A DNA stretch of 58,123 nt from an uncultured bacterium (GCA_903824855.1 CAIJYI010000022.1:1-58123), one strand, 5' to 3'. Numbered from the stretch's first letter, positions 43,395-52,067 are shown. Notes: generated from the letters alone by a model not told the origin. Program-made: numbers and translations.

Positions 43395-44508
43395 ATTGTG
43401 AGATTGATCCGACTTTATACCGCGAAATATTCAAAATTATTCCTACCTCTGCGAGAGCAAATAAAAGCGCAGTCCCACCGTGACTAATGAAAAGAAGAGG
43501 GACTCCTGTTAGCGGAAAAAGCCCAACCATAGAGGCGATGTTAATAAATGATTGCGTAATGATAAGAATGACTATTCCAATTACCAGGAGTCTGGAAAAA
43601 CGATCGGGGGCTTGAGAGGAAATACGGAAACCTCTCATGGCAAATAATACAAACAAAAAAATAATTAAGGAGCTACCGACAAAACCAAATTCTTCTGACG
43701 CAACAGCAAAAATGGAGTCGTTAGTTGGTTCAGGTAAAAACGGCGGAAATTTTTGAATTCCCTGCCCGAAACCACGCCCGAACAATTTTCCCGATCCGAC
43801 GGCTATCAAGGATTGATTCATTTGATAACCTGCGCCTTGTGGATCTTTGTCGGGATTCATAAAAATATCGATACGATCCCAAAGATAGGGTTTCAATTGA
43901 ACTACAATGAAGAATAAAATTATTCCGGTAATGATAATTGCGAAAATGTGAGAAAGTTTTCCACCTGCAGAAAAGAACATTGCCATACCGGCAGCCACGA
44001 TAATACCGAAGGTTCCAATGTCCGGTTGAGCTACTAAAAGCATAGCCGGAAACAAAAGGAAAATTAAAAAAGGCATCGTTCCGAACTTGAATGTTCGAAC
44101 CTTATCTTTTGCGGAAGAAAGCCACGCCGCTAAATAAAGAACAAAACCCAATTTAAGCAATTCGGAAGGTTGAAATGTTGTTAGACGAAGATCAATCCAT
44201 CTTTTTGCTCCGCCGTGCGCAAAACCAATCCCGGGGACAAACACAAAACAGGTAAGAATTATACTGATGACAAAAAGATAAAAGGAAAAAGAACGAAGGT
44301 ATTTATAATTAAAACGAGAAGCCATATACATCGCCGTTATGCCCAAAACCAACCCAAGGAGTATCTGGCTGACAAATACATTTTCAAAGGATTCGCCCCC
44401 ATTGCGGGCAAGTAAACCGAATGATGCCGAAAGAAATACAAAAAAACCGCCAAACAAAAGTAAGAGTGTTATACCGAGAAAAATTTTGTCGACCGATTTT
44501 CCGCTCAT
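43393..44508 (-). CDS. ftsW: SEDS-family peptidoglycan polymerase (FtsW/RodA)
   Basis: 371 aa, about 10 TM; FtsW/RodA/SpoVE-type sequence; between mraY and murG. Confidence 0.88.
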   Translation of the reverse strand: MSGKSVDKIFLGITLLLLFGGFFVFLSASFGLLARNGGESFENVFVSQILLGLVLGITAMYMASRFNYKYLRSFSFYLFVISIILTCFVFVPGIGFAHGGAKRWIDLRLTTFQPSELLKLGFVLYLAAWLSSAKDKVRTFKFGTMPFLIFLLFPAMLLVAQPDIGTFGIIVAAGMAMFFSAGGKLSHIFAIIITGIILFFIVVQLKPYLWDRIDIFMNPDKDPQGAGYQMNQSLIAVGSGKLFGRGFGQGIQKFPPFLPEPTNDSIFAVASEEFGFVGSSLIIFLFVLFAMRGFRISSQAPDRFSRLLVIGIVILIITQSFINIASMVGLFPLTGVPLLFISHGGTALLFALAEVGIILNISRYKVGSISQ

Positions 44509-44526
44509 TAAATAATTAATTTTTTA

Positions 44527-45606
44527 TTAAATTAAATTTCCGGAGAGTGCGATAATAACCCCAATCAAGGCAAAAATAATAGAAATGACCCAATAGCGCA
44601 TGGTGACTTTGTAGGCCGGCCATCCGATTGCTTCGAAATGATGATGTATCGGTGCGATAAGAAAAACCTTTTTTCCGTGTCTAAATTTTTTGGAGGTTAC
44701 CTGAATTACATTCGAAAGTACGGTTATGGTAAGAGGAAATGCAACAACAGGAAGAACCGCCAATCCTTTACCTTCAACATGAGCGTCTGTAAGAAAAGCA
44801 ACGACGGCAAGCGTGAGTGTTAACCCCATACTGCCGGTTTCAGACATATAAAACCGTGCAGGCGGAATATTAAACCAGAGAAAAGCCAGCAAACCGCCGA
44901 CTATAACGAAACAGAACGCGGAAATATCAATTTGTTGTTGGTAAAAGGAAATTACACCGTAAGCAGAAAAAATGACAGCAAATACTCCTCCGGCTAATCC
45001 GTCGATTCCGTCTATTACGCCACTCGAGTAAACGGCAAGCATCACCAGAGAAAAAATCGGGATGAACCAAATGCCGATATCGACAGATCCATCAAAAGGA
45101 ACGGAGACTATGGAAACGCCAAGTTTTGTGTAAAACCACCACGCACCGACTAGCGAAATTAGAAATACAATAAAAAGACGTTTTTTCAGAGAAAGACCTC
45201 CTGCGATATGATCTCCTGTACCCATGACTTCATAAAAATCATCAATGAGCCCAATGAGAGAGCCCGCAATCAGCGTGAAAAGAGGGAGCCATGTCGTATT
45301 ACGATGAAGAAAATTAAGTTTGCCTGTTATACTATTTGGGAAAAATTCAGAAAGAAGCCAGATAATAATGACGGTAAGTAGAACACTCCCCCAAATAATT
45401 ATTCCGCCCATTTTTGGCGTGCCTACTTCCCTATCTTTATGGAGCGAATTAAAAATTGGAGTAGCGCTTCCATCCATGGCAACCTTGCCGGATTTCTTTT
45501 TCCACATTTTATGCTTATACAGAAAATGCGTTAAAGCAGGAGTCATAAGAATCCCGACAAAAAAAGCGATAGCTGTTGGCACAAATACTTTTACAACGTC
45601 TAGCAT
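44527..45606 (-). CDS. mraY: Phospho-N-acetylmuramoyl-pentapeptide transferase
   Basis: 359 aa; polytopic; MraY motifs (GLIDDF, DGIDGLAGG, HHHFE). Confidence 0.92.
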   Translation of the reverse strand: MLDVVKVFVPTAIAFFVGILMTPALTHFLYKHKMWKKKSGKVAMDGSATPIFNSLHKDREVGTPKMGGIIIWGSVLLTVIIIWLLSEFFPNSITGKLNFLHRNTTWLPLFTLIAGSLIGLIDDFYEVMGTGDHIAGGLSLKKRLFIVFLISLVGAWWFYTKLGVSIVSVPFDGSVDIGIWFIPIFSLVMLAVYSSGVIDGIDGLAGGVFAVIFSAYGVISFYQQQIDISAFCFVIVGGLLAFLWFNIPPARFYMSETGSMGLTLTLAVVAFLTDAHVEGKGLAVLPVVAFPLTITVLSNVIQVTSKKFRHGKKVFLIAPIHHHFEAIGWPAYKVTMRYWVISIIFALIGVIIALSGNLI

Positions 45607-45649
45607 TTATATAGTATAAGCGAAAACGGATGAAATATAAAGAGTGCAT

Positions 45650-45686
45650 AAAAAAAACGAGTCCTGCTGTACAGAACTCGTTTTTG
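45650..45686. terminator. Bidirectional terminator
   Basis: acgagt...actcgt stem flanked by A7 and T5 runs. Confidence 0.7.
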
Positions 45687-45691
45687 TAATA

Positions 45692-46003
45692 CTAACACTC
45701 AGATAAATGTTTGAGTTTTCCTCCGGGAAATTTTTGAATAAGGGTAAAAAAGGATCGGCCTATTTTGTTTTGATCCGTCGGCTCATAAACAACAATCTCG
45801 TAATTTTTTCCGCCAAGAGTAACTCCATCGGGAAATGATTTTTTTGCCAATTCAATTAATTCCGGTGTAGCCGTTAGACCGGGAGTGTGATTTTTAAAAT
45901 GATTAATTATTCCATCGAGCAATTCCGTAGCCTCCTTCGATATTTCCTCATTCTCGCTCAACTCATTCCACCATTCGCTCTCAGGTAAAGCAATTTCATG
46001 CAT
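45692..46003 (-). CDS. 103-aa protein, unknown function (paralog 1)
   Basis: C-terminal half aligns with the neighbouring ORF: NYEIVVYEPTDQ...FPGGKLKHLSEC vs EFELMIFEPTSE...YPNGKIKILSEY. Confidence 0.6.
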   Translation of the reverse strand: MHEIALPESEWWNELSENEEISKEATELLDGIINHFKNHTPGLTATPELIELAKKSFPDGVTLGGKNYEIVVYEPTDQNKIGRSFFTLIQKFPGGKLKHLSEC

Positions 46004-46061
46004 AAAAATAATATAGTTAATGTTTAATTATTTAATTATAAGATAAATCATTAAAAATGCA

Positions 46062-46092
46062 AATAAAAAAGGCTCCGTAATACGGAGCCAAA
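46062..46092 (-). terminator. Intrinsic terminator
   Basis: Minus strand ggctccgta..tacggagcc followed by tttttt. Confidence 0.8.
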
Positions 46093-46102
46093 TAAATAAA
46101 AA

Positions 46103-46411
46103 TTAATATTCGGAAAGAATTTTAATTTTCCCGTTCGGATATTTTTCTTCAAGAACAAAGCAATATTCATTCGGTTTTTCGCTTGTCGGCTCGAATATCA
46201 TAAGTTCAAATTCTCTATTCTCAATTTCGATAATGCCGGAAGAAAAATACTCTTTCACATAGGTAATTTGTTCACATGAACAGGGATACTTGAATCCCCT
46301 GTTGCGACAAATCAAAAGTATTCGAAGAATGTGTTTAATGTCTCCGCGAAGCGATACCTCCTCAATTTCATCAATCCAAGCTTTTTCTGTTAAAACAATC
46401 TTTTTTATCAC
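46103..46411 (-). CDS. 102-aa protein, unknown function (paralog 2)
   Basis: GTG start 6 nt after aggagag; paralogous to 45692..46003. Confidence 0.6.
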   Translation of the reverse strand: MIKKIVLTEKAWIDEIEEVSLRGDIKHILRILLICRNRGFKYPCSCEQITYVKEYFSSGIIEIENREFELMIFEPTSEKPNEYCFVLEEKYPNGKIKILSEY

Positions 46412-46500
46412 TATTACTCTCCTGTCTTAGATATGAATTATACTAAGAAGTAGAATAGCACACTATTTAAATACTGGCAAGTAATTTAACAATTTATATT

Positions 46501-46529
46501 TTGACGTATTGCCGTGTTAATTATATACT
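46501..46529 (+). promoter_or_regulatory. miaA promoter TTGACG-17-TATACT, 7 nt before ATG
   Basis: -35 at 46501-06 (used as a TTG start by the ORF track), -10 at 46524-29, ATG at 46537. Confidence 0.65.
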
Positions 46530-46536
46530 CACAAAC

Positions 46537-47439
46537 ATGACAAATATCCTGCCAAAAATAATAGCGATACTTGGTCCAACTTCATCAGGAAAAAGCGATG
46601 TGGCTGTTTTGCTCGCCAAAAAATTTGACGGAGAAGTCATTTCCGCTGATTCAAGACAGGTATATAAAGGGCTCGATATTGCCACAGGAAAAATCACAAA
46701 GGAGGAAATGCGTGATATTCCTCATCATATGCTTGATGTCGCCGATCCAAAAGACCAATATTCTGTGGCTCAATTTAAAAGAGAAGCGGAAAAAATAATT
46801 GATGATATTTTAAAACGGAATAAGACCCCAATTATCTGCGGAGGTACCGGGCAATATGTCGATGCTATTACGGAAAATTATATTACTCCGACGACACTTC
46901 CGAATTATGAATTAAGAGAAGAACTTTCCGGAAAAACTGTCGAGCAGTTATATTCGGAGTTGCTCATTTTAGACCCGAAACGTGCATTAGATATTGACCG
47001 AAATAACCCACGACGACTTATCCGAGCGATTGAAATTGCACATGACTTAGGTACTGTTCCGAAACAGGAAGAAACACCTCTTAAATATGATGCGTTAAAA
47101 ATTGCTATTTCAACCGACAAAGAAACGCTTCGATCGCGAATTGAAATGCGTACCCAAAAACGTATTGATCAAGGGATGATTGATGAAGCAAAATCGCTCC
47201 ATGAAAATGGTTTAACATTTAAAAGGATGAGAGAACTTGGTCTTGAATATAAATATCTTGCGGATTATCTTGAAGGAGAAATCACTATCGACAAATTGAA
47301 ACAGGAAATATTCTTCAAGGACTGGCAGTATGCAAAACGACAAATGACATGGCTGAAGCGAGATACAAATATTCACTGGTTCGCACTTTCAGATATGCAA
47401 AAAATATTTGATGAGGTGAAATATTTTCTAGAGAAATAA
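46537..47439 (+). CDS. miaA: tRNA dimethylallyltransferase
   Basis: GPTSSGKS P-loop, DSRQVYKGLDIATGK motif. Confidence 0.92.
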   Translation: MTNILPKIIAILGPTSSGKSDVAVLLAKKFDGEVISADSRQVYKGLDIATGKITKEEMRDIPHHMLDVADPKDQYSVAQFKREAEKIIDDILKRNKTPIICGGTGQYVDAITENYITPTTLPNYELREELSGKTVEQLYSELLILDPKRALDIDRNNPRRLIRAIEIAHDLGTVPKQEETPLKYDALKIAISTDKETLRSRIEMRTQKRIDQGMIDEAKSLHENGLTFKRMRELGLEYKYLADYLEGEITIDKLKQEIFFKDWQYAKRQMTWLKRDTNIHWFALSDMQKIFDEVKYFLEK

Positions 47440-47443
47440 AAAT

Positions 47444-47478
47444 TTAAAAAAACGCCCCAACAATTTTGTCGTGGCGTT
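47444..47478. terminator. Terminator between convergent miaA and protease genes
   Basis: aacgcc...ggcgtt stem; clear T-run on the minus strand. Confidence 0.6.
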
Positions 47479-47494
47479 GATGTATTATATATTA

Positions 47495-48391
47495 TCAATG
47501 AACTACTTTCTTAACGTATTTATTGATAACACTATTTGGAACAAAAAGACCAATGCTAACGAGGGTTCCTGAACCCGGTTCAACCATAACCTGAGAAACG
47601 ACACCGACTAACTTCATGTCGTCTAGTGTGATAACAGGACCGCCGGAATTGCCGGGAACAATGGGTGCAATCACATACATGAATTTCCCCTCTTCGGTTT
47701 TTACATCTTCAGACCTCGCGATTCGTCCATCCATTATAGCATTATGAACACCAAGAGGACCTCCGATCATGACGACCGCTTTATCTGACAAAGCAGAGCT
47801 GTCGGCATCTGATAGTACTACTCCGGGAGCGTTGAAATTTTTATACTTATTAACTCTCAACATTCCAAGTTCCTCATCACCTAATGCGACAACCGAGGCG
47901 AGAAAAGTATCCCCATCGCGATTGGTTAAGGTGTATTCAGGGACAAGTGTCATATCGACATACATTCCCGGACTCTTTTTCTCAAGAGTCACTTTTGTCT
48001 TTTCCATTAAAGCAAGTGCTCCTTCAGGATTAATAACGTGTTTTGCTGTAATCAAATATCCTTTACCATTCGAGATAACAGTAGCACCGCCACCGACGCC
48101 AAACAATAATTTACGAACGCGGTTTAACGGTTCGCCTTTTTTTTCAGGATTATCATATAATTTAACATCGACAAAGTAACGTGAATTGACGGAAAAATAT
48201 GACTTATCGGCAATATTGTCACGCACATATTTATGCGCGTCATCAAGGGCTAATACGGTATTCTGACCGGGATACAATTCGGACTTGCCGGAATAATAGC
48301 CATTATTATGATTAAAAGTAAAGATAATTATAAAAAGCAGGGCAAGCAGAGAAATTACGCAATAATGCTTAATTTTTAAATCGGTCTTCAT
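47495..48391 (-). CDS. Trypsin-like (S1) serine protease, membrane-anchored, no PDZ
   Basis: 298 aa; N-terminal TM; TAKHV (His), GNSGGPV (Ser) motifs. Confidence 0.8.
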   Translation of the reverse strand: MKTDLKIKHYCVISLLALLFIIIFTFNHNNGYYSGKSELYPGQNTVLALDDAHKYVRDNIADKSYFSVNSRYFVDVKLYDNPEKKGEPLNRVRKLLFGVGGGATVISNGKGYLITAKHVINPEGALALMEKTKVTLEKKSPGMYVDMTLVPEYTLTNRDGDTFLASVVALGDEELGMLRVNKYKNFNAPGVVLSDADSSALSDKAVVMIGGPLGVHNAIMDGRIARSEDVKTEEGKFMYVIAPIVPGNSGGPVITLDDMKLVGVVSQVMVEPGSGTLVSIGLFVPNSVINKYVKKVVH

Positions 48392-48499
48392 TGAACTCTC
48401 CTATGTGAAAGAAGTTTATCTAATGTAAAGCGTAGCTTTTTCGCCGAAATAGGTCAATTTACATATACTTTTTTTTATGCTCAAATATATTTTTTTTGA

Positions 48500-48541
48500 A
48501 ATAGATAAGGGTATTGACAAATCTATCGATTGTAGTATACT
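48500..48541 (+). promoter_or_regulatory. Promoter TTGACA-16-TATACT bracketed by AATAGATA / ATCTAT
   Basis: AATAGATA at 48500-07, TTGACA at 48514-19, ATCTAT at 48521-26, TATACT at 48536-41. Confidence 0.65.
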
Positions 48542-48589
48542 GTTTTCGGGTGCCAATAACACATATATTAAACTCAAAAGGAGGATATT

Positions 48590-48694
48590 ATGTTATCTCA
48601 AATAGCTTTTGCATTCATTGCCGTCGGAAGCGTCTTTGTTTTCTGCCTCGTCCTAGTCTGGAAACATATCACGTTGAACATGAAGGACAAATAG
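48590..48694 (+). CDS. 34-aa hydrophobic micro-protein upstream of tsaD (not in ORF track)
   Basis: SD aaaggagga 4 nt before ATG 48590; MLSQIAFAFIAVGSVFVFCLVLVWKHITLNMKDK. Confidence 0.55.
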   Translation: MLSQIAFAFIAVGSVFVFCLVLVWKHITLNMKDK

Positions 48695-48742
48695 CATCTA
48701 TGACTCGTGCCCCAATCCGGAGTACGAGCCATTTTTTTACCC

Positions 48743-48770
48743 TTTACATATCCTTAAAACACCATATAAT
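48743..48770 (+). promoter_or_regulatory. tsaD promoter TTTACA-16-TATAAT, 7 nt before ATG
   Basis: -35 at 48743-48, -10 at 48765-70, ATG at 48778. Confidence 0.6.
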
Positions 48771-48777
48771 CGACATT

Positions 48778-49983
48778 ATGAACATACTTGCCATCGAAAC
48801 ATCCTGCGACGAAACAGCGATTAGTATCATCGAAATCCCCCACGCGAATAAAAATACCACGACAATACTTTCCAATGTGGTAGTTTCCCAGATAGAACTT
48901 CATAGGCCTTATGGGGGTGTATTTCCGATGCTGGCAAAAAGGGAGCATTCAAAAAATATTGTACCCGTTCTCGAAACAGCACTTCGCGATGCCGATCTTT
49001 TGAAACTAAAAAAGAAAACTTCCCCATTACCTGAAAATATTCTTGCAGGTTTAAAAAAGATTTTTGAAAGAGAGCCGGAACTTCACGATATTTTTATTGA
49101 ATTTTTTTCGAAGATTACAACGCCAAAAATTGACGTCATTGCTTTCACTCGAGGTCCGGGGCTCGCTCCCGCTCTTTGGGTCGGAGTCAATTTTGCTCGT
49201 GCCCTTTCTTTCGTTTGGGAAAAACCGTTACTGCCGGTAAATCATATGGAGGGGCACATGCTTTCCCCTTTGTTAAAAAGAACCACTGAAAAGAAAGCCT
49301 TCATCACAAAACCTGAATATCCCATTCTTGCGTTACTCATCAGTGGAGGTCATACAGAAATAGTGCTCTCGAAGAAACTTTTTTCCTATAAGGTTATAGG
49401 AACCACCAGAGATGATGCGGTAGGCGAAGCTTTTGATAAAGCTGCGCGAATTCTTGGACTTCCCTATCCCGGTGGACCGGAAATTTCACGGCAGGCTGAT
49501 AGATTTCGAAAAAAAGGAATCGCTGCCAGCGGAAAATATAAACTGCCTCGCCCGATGATACATTCGGATGACTTTGATTTCTCATTTTCAGGAATTAAAA
49601 CCGCCGTTCTGTATATGGTACAAAAAATACCGAATTTAACGGAAGATATTCGAGAAGAAGTTTGTTTTGAATTTGAGAACGCCGTCACAGAAACATTGCT
49701 TTCAAAAATGATGAAGGCAACGATAAAATATAATCCGCAGACGGTACTTCTCGGCGGAGGTGTTGCTTCTAACTCGCATATTCAAAAAGAGTTCCACGAT
49801 TCCTTTAAAAAGGAATTTCCTGAAGTAAGTGTTTCTGTTCCGGAAAAAGAACTTTCGACTGACAATGCACTTATGATAGCACTTGCCGGCTCTCTTCGTT
49901 TTTTGGGTGACAAAAAAAGCGTTCTTGCTTTTGATTCGAGAAAGATTAAAAACATCAAGGCCGACGGAAATTGGTCACTTTAA
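48778..49983 (+). CDS. tsaD: tRNA N6-adenosine threonylcarbamoyltransferase TsaD (Kae1/Gcp family)
   Basis: MNILAIETSCDETA N-terminus, HMEGH, GGGVASN motifs. The 88-codon N-terminal extension in the track covers a promoter, another ORF and a hairpin. Confidence 0.9.
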   Translation: MNILAIETSCDETAISIIEIPHANKNTTTILSNVVVSQIELHRPYGGVFPMLAKREHSKNIVPVLETALRDADLLKLKKKTSPLPENILAGLKKIFEREPELHDIFIEFFSKITTPKIDVIAFTRGPGLAPALWVGVNFARALSFVWEKPLLPVNHMEGHMLSPLLKRTTEKKAFITKPEYPILALLISGGHTEIVLSKKLFSYKVIGTTRDDAVGEAFDKAARILGLPYPGGPEISRQADRFRKKGIAASGKYKLPRPMIHSDDFDFSFSGIKTAVLYMVQKIPNLTEDIREEVCFEFENAVTETLLSKMMKATIKYNPQTVLLGGGVASNSHIQKEFHDSFKKEFPEVSVSVPEKELSTDNALMIALAGSLRFLGDKKSVLAFDSRKIKNIKADGNWSL

Positions 49984-50044
49984 TTTCTCTCATCATTAAC
50001 CGGCTCTGTTTGTGCTTTTTTGCTCTGCATATTATTATAGTTAC

Positions 50045-50917
50045 ATGATGAATAACCAAACCCCATTTATTTTTTTTGGAACACCCGCATTTGCCGTTGG
50101 TATTCTTGATGAACTGGAAAAAAATGGATTAATTCCGTCTCTTGTTGTTACCGGCTTGGACAAACCAAAAGGGAGAAAACTGATTCTCACTAAACCGGAA
50201 GCAAAGGTTTGGGCAGAAAAACGGAATATTCCCGTCCTACAACTGGAAAAACTGGATGATGATGCTGTTGAGAAATTGAAGATTTATAACTCACCTCTTT
50301 TTGTTGTCGCCGCCTATGGAAAGTTAATTCCGAACAGAATTCTTGAATTGCCAAAATTAGGGACAATAAACGTCCATCCTTCATTACTGCCGAAACTCCG
50401 AGGTGCATCTCCCCTTCAGTCAGCTATTCTTTCCGAAAATAAAACCGGGGTGTCTATTATGCTTATCGACGATGAAATGGATCATGGCCCGATTCTCGCA
50501 CAAGAGGAATCGATATCTTGGGAAAACAATCTGTTAAATCTTCCAAAATCAAGTGTGCTTCAAGATATGCTTGCAAAAATCGGAGGGCGCATGCTTTCCG
50601 AAGTTATTCCAAAATATGTTCGTAATGAAATAGTTCCGGTAGTTCAGAATCATGTTCAGGCGACTTATACAAAAAAGATTTCAAAAGATGACGGATTATT
50701 GAATTTTGAGGACAACATGGAGAGCAATTATAGGAAAATTAAGGCTTTCGATGTATGGCCTCGTGCATACTTTTTTCAAGAATGCCATGAAAAACAGATT
50801 CGTGTAATAGTCACAGACGCCACGATTAAAAATAATGAACTTGTTCTCATGAAAGTAATTCCCGAAGGAGGAAAGGAAATGCCTTACGAAGAATTCCTTC
50901 ACAAGTGTAATAAATAA
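50045..50917 (+). CDS. fmt: Methionyl-tRNA formyltransferase
   Basis: FFGTPAFAV, NVHPSLLPKLRGASP motifs. Confidence 0.9.
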   Translation: MMNNQTPFIFFGTPAFAVGILDELEKNGLIPSLVVTGLDKPKGRKLILTKPEAKVWAEKRNIPVLQLEKLDDDAVEKLKIYNSPLFVVAAYGKLIPNRILELPKLGTINVHPSLLPKLRGASPLQSAILSENKTGVSIMLIDDEMDHGPILAQEESISWENNLLNLPKSSVLQDMLAKIGGRMLSEVIPKYVRNEIVPVVQNHVQATYTKKISKDDGLLNFEDNMESNYRKIKAFDVWPRAYFFQECHEKQIRVIVTDATIKNNELVLMKVIPEGGKEMPYEEFLHKCNK

Positions 50918-50924
50918 ATATTTT

Positions 50925-50950
50925 AAAACCCCCTCACAGGAGGGGGTTTT
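50925..50950. terminator. Bidirectional terminator
   Basis: aaaccccct-cacagg-agggggttt. Confidence 0.85.
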
Positions 50951-50959
50951 AAGTATATT

Positions 50960-51328
50960 TTAATTCTCTCGCTGTTGTAACCCGTGATTATTTTTAGTTG
51001 GTGTTATATTTTCGTTTTGCATTTCGGTATATACCTCATTGTATTTTCCTATTGATGTTAGTTCCATTTGATATTTAACCAGGTCTTGATTATATTGATC
51101 GATAAAATTTAGAATCATACCGGTAAATATTATCGAGGAAATTGAAAAAATAAGCCAATATCCTCCCTCCCTTTTATGGAGAGGCCTTTTCATCTGGTAG
51201 AAAAATCTAATTATGTTTTCCTTTGTAAAAGACTTCTTTAAAATGCTCCACGAAAATAAATTTGAAAAAGAGAAATCATTTTCAAATTCATAATATTCAG
51301 AATTTTTATCATTCGGAACGGCAGTCAT
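50960..51328 (-). CDS. Membrane protein, unknown function
   Basis: 122 aa with a central TM (GGYWLIFSISSIIFTGMILNFI). Confidence 0.5.
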   Translation of the reverse strand: MTAVPNDKNSEYYEFENDFSFSNLFSWSILKKSFTKENIIRFFYQMKRPLHKREGGYWLIFSISSIIFTGMILNFIDQYNQDLVKYQMELTSIGKYNEVYTEMQNENITPTKNNHGLQQREN

Positions 51329-51340
51329 ATACTACTGCGA

Positions 51341-51697
51341 TTATCTGCGAATCATCTTCTTGATTATAGCTTCTCCTCTTTTTGCAAGTGTTTGTCTTTT
51401 GTCTTTTCGCGAAATACATTCTCTTTCAATTTTATCCTTCATTTCGTCTATTGCCGCATAAAGATCTTCTTTCTCTGATTCCGCAAAAAGCTTTTTTCCA
51501 TTGGCGGTTAAATTAATTTCGGCGCGAAACACCTCACCTGATTTATGGTGGTGTGTCGACATTCCGACCTCAACTTCTGCTAAAACATTTTCTATATCGT
51601 TGCGAAGGAATTTCTCCAACGACTCAACTCTTTTCTCAACGTACTCTTTGATTGAGGGGGTCAAAGCGATCCCCGTCCCTTTGATATTTATTTTCAT
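51341..51697 (-). CDS. hpf: Ribosome hibernation factor (HPF/RaiA family, short form)
   Basis: 118 aa; MKINIKGTGIALTPSIKEYVEKR... typical S30AE family; TGtTATAAT 6 nt before ATG. Confidence 0.88.
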   Translation of the reverse strand: MKINIKGTGIALTPSIKEYVEKRVESLEKFLRNDIENVLAEVEVGMSTHHHKSGEVFRAEINLTANGKKLFAESEKEDLYAAIDEMKDKIERECISRKDKRQTLAKRGEAIIKKMIRR

Positions 51698-51801
51698 ACA
51701 TATATTATAACAAGCGTCATAAAAAAGGGAAACGGAAATGGTGATAACTTTGGGATATTGAAATATATTTAAATATAATGTACAATAAAAAAGTTACATA
51801 T

Positions 51802-51874
51802 CCGCCCATAGCTCAGTTGGTAGAGCAGATCCCTCTTAAGGATAAGGTCGTAGGTTCGAACCCTACTGGGCGGA
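51802..51874 (+). tRNA. tRNA-Lys (anticodon CTT), no encoded CCA end
   Basis: ccgccca/tgggcgg acceptor, D-arm gctc/gagc, anticodon loop ctCTTaa, T-arm gtagg-ttcgaac-cctac; 73 nt. Confidence 0.9.
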
Positions 51875-51877
51875 CAA

Positions 51878-51906
51878 GAAAAAATGCCTTTGCGGAGGCA
51901 TTTTTT
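51878..51906. terminator. Terminator of tRNA-Lys (usable in both directions)
   Basis: aaaatgcct-ttgcgg-aggcatttt. Confidence 0.8.
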
Positions 51907-51912
51907 GTTGTT

Positions 51913-51965
51913 CGCCCACGCAAATGAACTGCTTCATTTGCGTGTGGGATGTGATGGGAACCGCG
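51913..51965 (+). other. tRNA-linked hairpin element, copy B-plus (after tRNA-Lys)
   Basis: CGCCCA (51913-18, matches tRNA-Lys 5' strand), CACGCAAATGAA-CTGC-TTCATTTGCGTG (51917-51944), then GTGTGGGAT. Confidence 0.5.
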
Positions 51966-51974
51966 CGGCTCGTT

Positions 51975-52037
51975 GCGACATGCTCAACATCTTCTCGTCC
52001 TCACGAAAGAGACGCAGGTCTCTTTCTTCCTGGGCGC
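51975..52037 (-). other. tRNA-linked hairpin element, copy B-minus (after tRNA-Leu)
   Basis: Minus strand: GCGCCCAGG (52037-29), AA, GAAAGAGAC-CTGC-GTCTCTTTC (52026-52005), GTGAGGA (52004-51998), ...CATGTCGC (51982-75). Confidence 0.5.
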
Positions 52038-52064
52038 AAAAAAACCGGCTCTACGCCGATTTTA
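52038..52064 (-). terminator. Intrinsic terminator of tRNA-Leu
   Basis: Minus strand atcggc-gtaga-gccggt (one G-U) followed by ttttttt. Confidence 0.65.
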
Positions 52065-52067
52065 TTG

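Noticed and set aside
51975-52004. Short peptides starting after GTGAGGA in the element copies (MLSMSQRAARF.. 18 aa; MDSMSRSK 8 aa; MPSQGQARRG.. 32 aa)
   Set aside because: The similarity comes from the shared nucleotide block CATGTCGC. Lengths and frames are not conserved and the Lys copy has no such ORF, so an RNA/DNA element is more likely than a peptide.
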